From positions 384,001 to 448,000 of the forward strand of contig CBDHDF010000007.1 of NCBI GenBank assembly GCA_965261545.1: 64,000 bases of DNA. Reading direction: 5' to 3'. Position 1 is the stretch's first letter. The number at the start of each line of letters is the position of its first letter. Made by a program: the position numbers and the translations under genes. This DNA is from Bdellovibrionales bacterium (GTDB lineage Bacteria; Bdellovibrionota; Bdellovibrionia; Bdellovibrionales; UBA1609). A model generated the notes under the pieces. That model saw only the letters and a program-made list of their open reading frames with translations. It ran no database searches and was not told the origin of the DNA. Below, in pieces: positions 1 through 9,784 of the stretch.

Positions 1-1171
1 GTACAGTGACGAAATCAAATATTCATCATCCAACGGATGCATCCCTTTTATATGACTGCATAAGAGTTACAGAAAGAGAATTTAAAAAAGTTCGTAAAAA
101 TGTCATGAAAGATTTTTGGCGACTTATTTCAAGAGAAGATCTTAAGAGAGCAAAAACCTTGCTTTACAAAATTAATAATTCCAAAAATGATGCGGAAAGA
201 CTACCTTGCTATAAGGAGCTTTTAAAAATCGCTACCAAATTGAACAAAGGATTACCTGATACCATCAGAAAGATAAAAAAAGAACAAAAATGTGTGAAGA
301 TGAATGCTTTGAAAAAGAGTCTAAAACAGTTAGAAAATGTTGCCTTCTACCTGGAAAAAATCATCTTTCAAACTCAAAAAAGAGTTATTGAGGGGAAAAA
401 AGTATCTTCTGAAAAAAAGGTCCTATCCATCTTTGAACCGCATACAGACATTATTGTAAAGGGGCAAAGAGAAGTCGAGTTTGGGCATAAAATCTTTTTG
501 ACCTCAGGGCAAAGCAACATGATTTTAGATTGTCAGATCCCTGATGGCAACCCCGCAGACTCTGATATGTTTTTAAAAGTTATGAATTCAGTGACACAAA
601 CCTATGGGGCTTGCCCTGTAAAAGTAAGTGCAGATGGTGGGTTTGCTTCAAAAGAAAATCTTGAAGAGGCCAAAGAGATGGGGGCTAAAGATGTTTGCTT
701 CCCAGAAAAAAAAGGAATGAAAATATTAAAGATGGTTAAAAGTGCTTGGGTCTTTAAAAATCTTCTCAATTGGAGAGCCGGAATAGAGGCTGTTATTTCA
801 TTCCTTAAGAGATGTTTTGGTATGAGAGTTGCTTACTGGAAAGGGCATGATGGTTTTAAGAGGTATGTAAAGAATGCCGTTTGTGCCTATAATTTTGTTG
901 TCTTGGCAAGACATGAATTATCAACTGTCACCTAAATTTATCCATTAGGAATAACAGCAATGGACCAGGTCGAAGGTGCTAAAATCTTCCAAAGGTAGGG
1001 GTGCGTCTTCAAATCGAAAAAACTAGGGCGCAAGTCGCTTAAAGACCTTTTTCCCCTTAATCTGTAGAGTTTGTGTGGCAAATCTCCAACTCTCACTCCC
1101 CCATTGAGGCATTGGGAGGCTCAATGGGGAGTGTCAGAGAACAAAAAATGGGCCTTTCTGGACAGAAACTA
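1..1171 (+). mobile_element. ISNCY/IS5-like insertion sequence, left part outside window
   Basis: Transposase 6..935 followed by end motif TTTCTGGACAGAAACTA (1155-1171), similar to TTTCGCGACAGCGACTA at the end of the related element at 15840-17854. Confidence 0.7.
6..935 (+). CDS. DDE transposase, ISNCY/IS5-like (5'-partial)
   Basis: Motifs TVTKSNIHHPTDASLL, SIFEPHTDIIVKG, EFGHK, ADGGF, RAGIEAVISFLK; frame open at window edge. Confidence 0.85.
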   Translation: MTKSNIHHPTDASLLYDCIRVTEREFKKVRKNVMKDFWRLISREDLKRAKTLLYKINNSKNDAERLPCYKELLKIATKLNKGLPDTIRKIKKEQKCVKMNALKKSLKQLENVAFYLEKIIFQTQKRVIEGKKVSSEKKVLSIFEPHTDIIVKGQREVEFGHKIFLTSGQSNMILDCQIPDGNPADSDMFLKVMNSVTQTYGACPVKVSADGGFASKENLEEAKEMGAKDVCFPEKKGMKILKMVKSAWVFKNLLNWRAGIEAVISFLKRCFGMRVAYWKGHDGFKRYVKNAVCAYNFVVLARHELSTVT

Positions 1172-1320
1172 TATAGCTCAAGCCTTGTTTGTTCATATTC
1201 TTTATGTTTTCTTGACTATAAAACCCTTTGTCCATCACTAAAATATCAAGATTTAACTTATATCTACCCACAAGATCTGTTACATTCCTCAGTGTCGTTA
1301 CATCCGTAATACTGCCAGGG
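1167..1320 (-). pseudogene. Inverted IS1634 transposase fragment; intron-less copy of the group II intron target
   Basis: Reverse complement nearly identical to about 3637-3777 joined directly to 5651-5663 (AAACAAGGCTT|GAGCTATATAGTT). Confidence 0.9.
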
Positions 1321-1321
1321 T

Positions 1322-1390
1322 CAATGCCGTTTCCTTAAGAAAAATCTCTTGAAATTATTAGATAAATCGACAAGAATAAGACTTGTTTTA
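1322..1390 (+). mobile_element. Possible IS4-family terminal stub truncated by IS256
   Basis: CAATGCCGTTTCCTTAAG resembles the IS4 IR TAATGCCGATCAGTTAAG and starts where the IS1634 fragment homology stops; no partner end seen. Confidence 0.4.
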
Positions 1391-1463
1391 GAGCCTGTAA
1401 ACTATTTTGTGTAACTGCCGAATCATATTAGGATGAACTATCATCCTGAAAGGAGAAGGCAGA

Positions 1464-2666
1464 ATGGATATCAAGACAATAGGCAAGGAACTAGCGAAGA
1501 ACGTCAAGACCCAAAAGGATTTATCCGACATAACGGGTCAACTGATGAAGGTTGTTTTAGAGACGGCCCTTAATGCGGAAATGGACGATCACCTAGGTTA
1601 TGAGAGGCATGAGAAGTCTGAGACCCGCAAATCCAACACTCGCAATGGTTACAGTAGAAAGACCATAAAGGGAGAGAAAGGCGAGGTGGAGCTTCAGGTC
1701 CCCCGTGACCGAAGTGCCTCCTTTGAACCTCAAGTCATTCCCAAGGGTAAGACTCGTCTTGAGGGCTTTGAAGACAGTATCCTGACCCTCTATGCGAGGG
1801 GAATGACGACCAGGGATATTCAAGGAGCTATCAAAGACCTCTACCATGGTGCAGAGATATCCCACTCAGTGATAGCCAACGTGACGGATGCTGTTATTGA
1901 TGAAGTTACGGCTTGGCAGAACCGCCCCTTGGATAGCACTTACCCTATCGTATTTTTGGACTGTATCGTGGTGAAGGTCCATCAAGACAAGAGAGTTATT
2001 AATAAGGCGATTTACCTAGCTCTTGGTATTACAGAGGAGGGTCAGAAAGACTTGTTGGGCCTATGGATTTCTGAAAATGAGGGTTCAAAGTTTTGGTTGA
2101 GTGTTTTGACTGAGCTGCAAAATCGAGGGTTGAAAGATGTATTTATATTTTCTGTAGATGGTCTTACAGGTTTTCCTCAAGCCATTTCAGCGGCTTTTCC
2201 CAAGTCTAAAGTGCAACTGTGCATTGTCCATATGGTCCGCAATTCCCTTCGCTATGTTCCTTCCAAGGATATGAAAGCTGTCGCCCAAGACCTCAAGTCC
2301 ATTTATGGCTCTACGACTCTGACAGAAGCTGAAAAGGCCCTTGAGGAATTTTGTACCAAGTGGTCTTCAAAGTATCCTAATATTGAAAAGTCTTGGCGTA
2401 GGAATTGGGACAATCTCATCACTATTTTCGATTATCCGGATGAAATCAGAAAGATTTTTTATACCACAAACGCCATAGAGTCGTTAAATAGCGTGATCCG
2501 CAAGGCGATCAGAAATCGTAAGATATTTCCCAGTGATCGGTCGGCTTTAAAAGTTGTATATTTAGCGATAAAAATGGCCTCTAAGCGATGGACACGACCA
2601 TTACACAACTGGAAGCCAGCCATGAACAGGTTTGCCATTGAATACGGTGACCGTTTTGACAACTAA
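1464..2666 (+). CDS. IS256-family (Mutator) transposase
   Basis: RNGY, VPRDR..FEP, YPIVFLD, DGLTGF, QLCIVH, YTTNAIES motifs; AGGAG RBS. Confidence 0.95.
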   Translation: MDIKTIGKELAKNVKTQKDLSDITGQLMKVVLETALNAEMDDHLGYERHEKSETRKSNTRNGYSRKTIKGEKGEVELQVPRDRSASFEPQVIPKGKTRLEGFEDSILTLYARGMTTRDIQGAIKDLYHGAEISHSVIANVTDAVIDEVTAWQNRPLDSTYPIVFLDCIVVKVHQDKRVINKAIYLALGITEEGQKDLLGLWISENEGSKFWLSVLTELQNRGLKDVFIFSVDGLTGFPQAISAAFPKSKVQLCIVHMVRNSLRYVPSKDMKAVAQDLKSIYGSTTLTEAEKALEEFCTKWSSKYPNIEKSWRRNWDNLITIFDYPDEIRKIFYTTNAIESLNSVIRKAIRNRKIFPSDRSALKVVYLAIKMASKRWTRPLHNWKPAMNRFAIEYGDRFDN

Positions 2667-2760
2667 GTTTTTTAATAAGGTCCACCACCTGCCTTATAAG
2701 GGGGCTTAAAAGCCCCTCTAAGGCGTTGACAGAAGTACTGGAATACCGAGACTATGGTTA

Positions 2761-2953
2761 GGGTAATATAGTATGGGAACCTAAATACATGCCCTCTTGG
2801 TGCAGATTTGGGTTTCCATTTTTTTTCATATTTCATCCCAATTCTGGTATTTCTCGAATATCCTAAGTTAAAAAAAATAAAAAAAAGGGGGTAATATAGT
2901 ATGGGAACCTAAACACATGAACCCTTTGATGAGATTGGAATTTCCATTTTTTT
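2761..2953 (+). repeat. Two ~65-nt direct repeats (2761-2826, 2889-2953), each a hairpin plus T-tract
   Basis: Both begin GGGTAATATAGTATGGGAACCTAAA(T/C)ACATG and end TTTCCATTTTTTT; middles differ; period 128 bp. Confidence 0.85.
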
Positions 2954-3777
2954 GAGAGAGCCATTGCTGATTTTTTTTCAACCAAGATGATAATTATTTA
3001 TTTGAGTTCTTTCCAGTTCTGATATGATCCCATTACGGCTCCATAATACAATCAAAAGTCCAGAGTAACTAAAGAGGCCATTATATAGACCAGCGAAGAT
3101 GTCCACCTCCCCATTAACTTATAATGCATTGTGACTGACAAAATCGCTTGAAGGAAAAAATGTCAATTATACATTGACGAATAATATGGGACTGTGCTTT
3201 TTACCAGGAGTGGAGCCACATAAGTGGCTTTAAGATTTAAGAAAAAAATTGCAGTTACACAATTATTTTTACAGTCCCTTGTCATGTTTTAAGATTATAA
3301 AGAAAGAGCCTTATTATTTTTATAAGTATTGGTGTGAAGAGTCTTACGTTTCCAAAGAAATTTCTATGGGATCTACCAAAACTAGTAGACTTTTACACTC
3401 TATTGGTCAAGACGAGAAAAAGATAGATATTTTTTTTACAAATTGGATAAAAGATCTTAAATCTACTGGCTCTATCCTATTTGATATTACATCTATTTCT
3501 TCTTATGGCTCCAAAAATGAATTTTTGGAGCGAGGTTACAATAGAGATGGCGAAAATTTAGAACAAGTAAATTTGGGTTTGATTGCAGAGCTTCCAGCAC
3601 TAATTCAATAGGCTTACCTTTAGCTTACAGGGTATACCCTGGCAGTATTACGGATGTAACGACACTGAGAAATGTAACAGACCTTGTGGGTAGATATAAA
3701 TTAAATCTTGATATTTTAGTGATGGACAAAGGATTTTATAGTCAAGAAAACATAAAGAATATGAACAAACAAGGCTT

Positions 3778-5650
3778 ATTGGGTAGAAGGGCCGGTTACC
3801 CGACCCAACCCCCGTTCCCACCCATCGTGCCCAATTAAGGCAATAGGCGGACGATAACTCTACTCACTCAACTATATCAATACAGTTTGTGTACTATGCG
3901 AACCCTTGGTGGAGGAAAGTTAGCAAGGAACCTGTTAAACTTATTCCAATCAAAAGATCTTCGCTGACTACGTCTGTTCATCCATTTGAAGAAAATCCTA
4001 ATGGCGTAGTGAAAGAAATTCTTCACTCCTTTGTAATTATCGGAGACAGCATAGTACTGGGCGTGTCCTCTGAGCTTCTTGCAAAACCTCTCCCACAGCT
4101 CGCACAATGTACCTCTGTGACGGTTGGCTCGGCACCACTCTTTGACTACCTGTAGCTTCTTCCTTATTCTACGTCCATTGGATTTAATCTTGGGCAGTAT
4201 GCGCCCTCTGCGTTTACTTATGTAGAAGGTGAAACCTAAGAAGTCGAAGGTACCTTGCTTCTCACCTCGTCGAGCCTTGGCTTTAGAAAAGGTGATACGC
4301 TTGGTTTTCTCTACATTCATCTTAAGGGAAAACCTCTCGGTTCGTCCTTGGAGTGATCTGTAAACCTTCTCAGCATCCTCCTGAAGTTCACAGCAGAATA
4401 TGATGTCATCGCAGTAGCGATACATTTCCACTTGTCCTCTCGTGTACTTCTTGACTGCACCTTTGAACCAAATGTCAAAGGCGTAGTGTGCAAAGATATT
4501 CGAAAGGACGGGGCTGACACATGAGCCTTGAGGTGTACCCTCATCGGTCATCCTGAGCTCCCCATCAGACAAAACTCCAGCCTTCAGCATTCTCACAATA
4601 TACCTTATGAATCTTTCATCCGTGATTTTCATCTTGAGTATGGACACTAATTTCTTATGGTCGATAGAACCAAAGTAATTTTCTAAATCCAAATCAATGA
4701 TATAGCCCACTTTCCCATGATAGAGATGCTGGTAGCACTGCCTGATGGCAGTGTGACAGCCTACTCCTCGACGGAATCCAAATGAACAGTCTTGGAAAAT
4801 CGGTTCATAGATGGCTTCGAGAATTTTACTGAACATACGCTGGACCATCTTATCCTCTAGGTTGCTGATCCCCAGTGGCCTGAACTGGCCGTTGTCTTTG
4901 GGAATGAGCACTTCTCTGACCGGGGAGGGGCAGTAGGTCATAGTTTTCATGCGAAGAATTAGATTATCTATATTCTTGGCAAGGTCTTGCCTATACTCCT
5001 CCTTGGTCACTCGATCTATTCCCACGGCCTTCCTCTCATCCAACTCGTGGAAACATCTGGTGAGTGACTCCCTGTTCACGTGAGGCATAAGCCCCATGAA
5101 AACCATCTCGGGATTCTTACCAGATAGTTGAGCTACCTTCTTCAGTTTCGTTTCCGTAATATTATTGGACTTTGTCTCTCCCACTTACGTTTCCCTTCCA
5201 AAGTTAAAATTACCTGAATCCCTTCCCTCCACGGTCATTACTCGCTTCATCAGTACTATGGATTCGCTGACTCCCCCACAGCTATTTCACCATCCTTGCT
5301 GTTTAGGCTTGTTTGGCAATACCCCATCCTAGGGAACTATGAGGGTCTCCCACGTTCACAAATACATCTTCAAGAAGTGCCGTGCTCTCAGACCCCGGCG
5401 GTGCCACCCTGTTCTCCTCAGTTAGAGCAGAATGATGTTGTCTTCCACCTTACTCACAGTGTCGACCACCACACATGGAATACTTTCGAGGCTCAATCAC
5501 TTCAACCTTGCGGCTTACGGCCCTTCTTTCTTGCTATCTACGCTTAACTCATGTCATTACCTCCTTGAGCCCAAGACTCGCTGCGAGGTGTGCTGAGGCA
5601 CTTCCTCGTGTGGACTTTCACCACCGATGTATTTGCGCTTCGTGGCGCAC
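3778..5650 (-). mobile_element. Group II intron, 1873 nt, antisense to the host IS1634 gene
   Basis: 5' end GTGCG at 5650; 3' end DV/DVI ending CTTCTACCCAAT at 3778; both boundaries confirmed by the empty allele at 1167-1320. Confidence 0.93.
3877..5184 (-). CDS. ltrA: Group II intron reverse transcriptase/maturase, no endonuclease domain
   Basis: RPLGI..EDK, SFGFR, GTPQG..SPVLSN, YCDD, FDFLGF, X-domain WMNRRSQRRS. Confidence 0.93.
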   Translation of the reverse strand: MGETKSNNITETKLKKVAQLSGKNPEMVFMGLMPHVNRESLTRCFHELDERKAVGIDRVTKEEYRQDLAKNIDNLILRMKTMTYCPSPVREVLIPKDNGQFRPLGISNLEDKMVQRMFSKILEAIYEPIFQDCSFGFRRGVGCHTAIRQCYQHLYHGKVGYIIDLDLENYFGSIDHKKLVSILKMKITDERFIRYIVRMLKAGVLSDGELRMTDEGTPQGSCVSPVLSNIFAHYAFDIWFKGAVKKYTRGQVEMYRYCDDIIFCCELQEDAEKVYRSLQGRTERFSLKMNVEKTKRITFSKAKARRGEKQGTFDFLGFTFYISKRRGRILPKIKSNGRRIRKKLQVVKEWCRANRHRGTLCELWERFCKKLRGHAQYYAVSDNYKGVKNFFHYAIRIFFKWMNRRSQRRSFDWNKFNRFLANFPPPRVRIVHKLY

Positions 5651-6874
5651 GAGCTATATAGTTCCTATGAGCTTCAGCACTCAGAAATCTAAAGAAATTT
5701 TATTTGACTTGCATGACAAGTTATTATCTCCTGGATCATTATTTGCTTTCTATGAGCAAGTATACTCCTACTCTAAGAAAGAAATAGAAATTGGAAGTGA
5801 AAGTTGTATGGCTCATGTTTTTTTAGAAGGTAAGAGGCGGTCTGATCAGGAGTCTATTTTTATAAGAAAGATATCAGATTTAGAAAATCTGTAACTATTC
5901 AGGGGGTGCCGCATTAATTCGAACAATTTTTTTAAAAAAAGTATAAAAATTCTTGACAAGTTTTTGAAGCAAACGACCTCTTTCATTTGTTCTTTATCGA
6001 ATATGTTCCTACATATGGCTTAAACTCTCTGAGAGCCATAGTATTGAAAGATTGTGAAACATAGGTCGCGGGGGGCACTTCTCATTCCTTTTGCTTCTTA
6101 GAACGAATCCTAGTGCATTTTTTTTTAATGAAAAAAAGGCATGTTAATATTTTCATAAGGTAAGTATGAAAATAGAAAATATTGACGTGTCTTCAGCCAT
6201 AAATAAAATCAGGAAGCTTCTTAAGAAAGAGAAGTCCCTTTCTCCCGCTTTTATTGTGGCCATTGAGTTGTTGATCAAAATCATCACTATTCTAGTAAAT
6301 CAAAAAAAATTAAATAGTCAAAACAGTAGTATTGCCCCTTCTCAAGATCCGAATGGCCCTAAAAAGAAACCTAAGGAAGAAACTGGTAAGAAGCCAGGAG
6401 GACAACCCGGACACGAAGGAGCTACTTTAAAACCCGTGGATACTCCAGACAAGGTGGAGTTCATTTCTATTAATAAAGAGGAACTTCCTCCAGGTGATTA
6501 CATTTCTTCTGGAGTTGAAAAGCGTCAAGTATTTGAGGTAGACCTTTCTGTGCATGTCACGGAGTATCAAGGAGAAATCCTCGAAGACCAAGATGGGAAT
6601 CAGTGGGTTGCAGGTTTTCCAGAAGGAATCAATAACCCAACTCAATATGGCCCTTCTGTGAAAGCTCACTCAGTTTATATGTCCCAGTTTCAGTTAATCC
6701 CTCATCTTCGAGTCGCAAGTTACTTTAATCAATGGGGTCTATCACTTGCTGGATCTACGGTACACAATTTTAACAAATCTGCCTTTGATGTTAGCTGACA
6801 ATTAAAATGCCCCACCGTCGCCAATGAAAAGTGGCCACTTTTCAGAGGAGGACCTATGGTGATTTTTGGCATTG

Positions 6875-6985
6875 TCAACCGAGACGCATATAATCAATTG
6901 ATATTACTCATAAAAAGGCTCCGAGCTGATCAACCGAGACGCATATAATCAATTGATATTACTCATAAAAAGGCTCCGAGCTGAT
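6875..6985. repeat. Exact 55-bp tandem duplication in IS21 leader
   Basis: TCAACCGAGACG...GGCTCCGAGCTGA at 6875-6929 and 6930-6984. Confidence 0.9.
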
Positions 6986-7410
6986 AAGAACTCCTTTTGG
7001 GTTCTTGTCGACCTGGAAAGGGGCTCCGTGTTGGAGAGTCCTTCCATGACAGCCTATTCAGGTTCCATATTTCTCATTTGTAGACTGTTTCTGGATTTCA
7101 ATGAGGTTAAATATATAGTCAAGAAAAGCCTGTTTAGGCTGTGCCCATTTTCTAAAGTATTTAAATTCCACAAGATTCCAACATTTGCCTCAATTTTCAT
7201 GGAATTTCTTTCTGAAGACAGGCTTCCCTTAAAGCCGTCGCCAATTAAAATGTCCCACTTTCAATATGGAGGTTGTCGCCAATGAAAAGTGACCAATCTT
7301 CAGGGAGTGTTCAAATACTAGACAATGAAGTCTCTTCTTCTGATATAGATACTAAGCTCACAGAGTCCCTCCCTTTTGCAACTCAAAAGGTTAGCAATGA
7401 GGAGGATCTT

Positions 7411-8877
7411 ATGATTAGTCAATACACTTTCGGCCGCATTCGTGACCTGAGTCACAGTGGTAAAAATAAGACAGAAATATCTCGTGAATTAGGGATCAAT
7501 CGTAAGACGGTGCGCAAGTACTGTGAGTCCAACACCCCACCGAAGTACAAGGCGAGGTCCAAAAGAACTCGCCCAGATCCCCTTAATGGATATATGGATC
7601 GGGTGAAGTACTTTTTGAAGTTGAACCCAAGTAACACCGCCCGTGAAATATATGAGCTATTAGTTGAGGAGGGTTATCGTGGGAGTGAGAGAACGGTTCA
7701 GAGAAGAGTTTGTGAGATTCTTGGTTCTCGCCCCAAGGAGCGTTTTTTCAGCCAAAGATATGATCCTGGAGAACAGGCTCAGTTTGATTTTAAGGAGAAG
7801 GTTGCTTTACCATTTGCCGATGGTGTTCAGATCGTTCATCTCCATTTTGGAACATTGCCTTGTAGTGGCACCTGTTGGGTTCGTGCCTACCCCTTTCTTG
7901 TCTATGAGTGTTTCATCGATGGGGTGCATGCTTTTTTTGAAAAGATAGGTGGGATGAGTGCGAACATCCGTATTGATAATTTATCTCCCTGTGTGAAGAA
8001 AGTTCTTAAAGGAAATCAGCGAATTTACACCCAATCTTTTGATCGAGCCATCCAATACTATGGATTTAAGGTTCTTCCCTGCCGCGCAGGGAAGGGCTCT
8101 GACAAGGGAGATGTGGAGCGTGATATTCGAACCTTCAGTTCTCGGATAAAAAATATTGTTAGAAACAAAGGAATTGTTTTTAAAGACTGGGATCATTTGA
8201 ATCAGTTTTTAGAGTCTTATATGGATCAGCATCAGAGTGACTCCACCAAATCTCGCTTTGAGGAGGAGGCCAAAGTTCTTAAGCCTTTGCCTCCACGAGA
8301 TGAAGATATTCTCTGTAAGGTGAATATTTGTCAAAGTAATGGTTATGGGACTTTGAGAATAGGTAAAACCACATATTCCATACCTGATGAGGTGATCCAA
8401 TCTCCCTGTAAAACCGTACAGGGTCCCTATCATGTCACGATCTATCGTGCAGGAGGGAAGCAAGAAATTGTCGCTCGCCATCAAAGAAAACCTGATGGGG
8501 AGCATAGTCTTCTTCTTGAACATATCCTTCCCTCTTTAGTTCGTAAGCCGCAAGCCATGGTAAGATGGGCTCACCGATCCATTCTTTTTCCAACAAATGT
8601 GTTTGAAAATTTTTATCAATACCTCAAGCAACAAGATTCAAGCCGTGCCGAGCATGAATATTTAAGAGTTATCAACTTGATTCAGCATGTGAGTTGGCAG
8701 GACTTATCTACAGCCATGGAGCTTCAATTAGAAAGTCGTGAGATTTTCGACTTTAAATCCATAAAAGATTTGCTCTTAGGCAATCCCACCAAAATTAATT
8801 TGAATGACCAACAAAAACCACTTCAACCTAGATTGTCTCAATATGACAGTCTTGTTCCAAACATAGGAGGTTCTTAA
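7411..8877 (+). CDS. istA: IS21 transposase IstA
   Basis: HTH EISRELGINRKTVRKY, PGEQAQFDF, IDN, KGDVER; start placed at ATG after GAGGAGG. Confidence 0.92.
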   Translation: MISQYTFGRIRDLSHSGKNKTEISRELGINRKTVRKYCESNTPPKYKARSKRTRPDPLNGYMDRVKYFLKLNPSNTAREIYELLVEEGYRGSERTVQRRVCEILGSRPKERFFSQRYDPGEQAQFDFKEKVALPFADGVQIVHLHFGTLPCSGTCWVRAYPFLVYECFIDGVHAFFEKIGGMSANIRIDNLSPCVKKVLKGNQRIYTQSFDRAIQYYGFKVLPCRAGKGSDKGDVERDIRTFSSRIKNIVRNKGIVFKDWDHLNQFLESYMDQHQSDSTKSRFEEEAKVLKPLPPRDEDILCKVNICQSNGYGTLRIGKTTYSIPDEVIQSPCKTVQGPYHVTIYRAGGKQEIVARHQRKPDGEHSLLLEHILPSLVRKPQAMVRWAHRSILFPTNVFENFYQYLKQQDSSRAEHEYLRVINLIQHVSWQDLSTAMELQLESREIFDFKSIKDLLLGNPTKINLNDQQKPLQPRLSQYDSLVPNIGGS

Positions 8878-9659
8878 TGAATCACGAAGAACTTATAGGT
8901 TCTCTTAAAAAACTCCGACTTCCAGCGATGGCGGATGAATATGTTGCAACGGCTAGAGTTGCCGAAAAAACAAAAAAGACGTATGAACAGTATTTAGGTA
9001 TACTCGTTCAAAATGAGCTTGCTGACAAGCATTCCCAGAGAGTGAAAAGATTGCTTAAGGGGGCCAAGCTTCCTCAACTTAAATCACTCCAAACTTATAA
9101 CTTCCAGAAAAGAACGGGAGTGACAGCTCAGCAAATTAATTGGATGGCAGAGGGAGAGTGGGTCAGAAAAGCCTGTAATGTTGTGTTTTACGGAAGCTTT
9201 GGAATGGGGAAAAGTCATTTGGCCATGTCCCTAGTTCGTTCACTCTGTGAACAAGGCTATCGATGTTTATGGGTCACCACTCATGAACTTATTGAAACAA
9301 TGCGTGAAAGCAAGAAAGAACTCTCATTGAATGCTCTTTTTAAGAAATTAGACCGTTTTGATCTTATTGCTTGTGATGAACTTGGCTATACAGCTTCCTG
9401 CACAGAGGGGGCAGATCTTTTCTTTCAATTCATATCTCAGCGATATGAAAGGAAAAGTCTCATGATCACTACAAACTTAACATACTCTGAATGGGATAAG
9501 GTGTTTCTTAACCCTATTACCACCGCTGCTGCTGTTGATCGAATCATTCACAACTGTGAAACCCTCAACATTGAAGGAAAAGAAAGTTGGAGAACCGAAT
9601 CGGCAAAAGCCAAGTCTAAACAGAGCAAAGAGGAAAGTTCAACCAAAGAAGTTCATTAG
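8877..9659 (+). CDS. istB: IS21 helper AAA+ ATPase IstB
   Basis: Walker A GSFGMGKSH, Walker B LIACDELG, ITTN, AAAVDRIIH; TAATG coupling to istA. Confidence 0.95.
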   Translation: MNHEELIGSLKKLRLPAMADEYVATARVAEKTKKTYEQYLGILVQNELADKHSQRVKRLLKGAKLPQLKSLQTYNFQKRTGVTAQQINWMAEGEWVRKACNVVFYGSFGMGKSHLAMSLVRSLCEQGYRCLWVTTHELIETMRESKKELSLNALFKKLDRFDLIACDELGYTASCTEGADLFFQFISQRYERKSLMITTNLTYSEWDKVFLNPITTAAAVDRIIHNCETLNIEGKESWRTESAKAKSKQSKEESSTKEVH

Positions 9660-9685
9660 AGATCCCCACTTTTGGGGAAGGAACT

Positions 9686-9784
9686 CGCCAGTTATCCACA
9701 AAATTTATCCACAGCAGCACTGCGTTGCTAGACATCGGGGTCACAGCCGCAGTGTCGCCATGGATAAATTTATGGATAACTGGC
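9686..9784 (+). other. Palindromic structured element with DnaA-box motifs in IS21 3' region
   Basis: GTTATCCACAAAATTTATCCA...TGGATAAATTTATGGATAAC stem; homologous to 22233-22330 on the opposite strand. Confidence 0.75.

Larger units (their letters stand above)
1391..3278 (+). mobile_element. IS256-family element with about 600 bp of 3' cargo
   Basis: Imperfect 28-bp IRs GAGCCTGTAAACTATTTTGTGTAACTGC (1391-1418) and GCAGTTACACAATTATTTTTACAGTCCC (3251-3278); flanks differ, so no target duplication. Confidence 0.85.

Noticed and set aside
3877..5184. RT as part of a DGR, retron or CRISPR-associated system
   Set aside because: It has a maturase X domain, GTGCG/AAT ends, DV-DVI and an empty-site allele; no template/variable repeat pair or cas genes were seen
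3249..5894. ORFs 3249..3611 and 5475..5894 (likewise 10063..10908 and 14773..15024) as independent genes
   Set aside because: Their N-termini come from adjacent element ends or intron RNA fused to gene fragments
9692..9780. Replication origin suggested by DnaA boxes
   Set aside because: Boxes lie inside an IS with a target duplication; no dnaA/dnaN context
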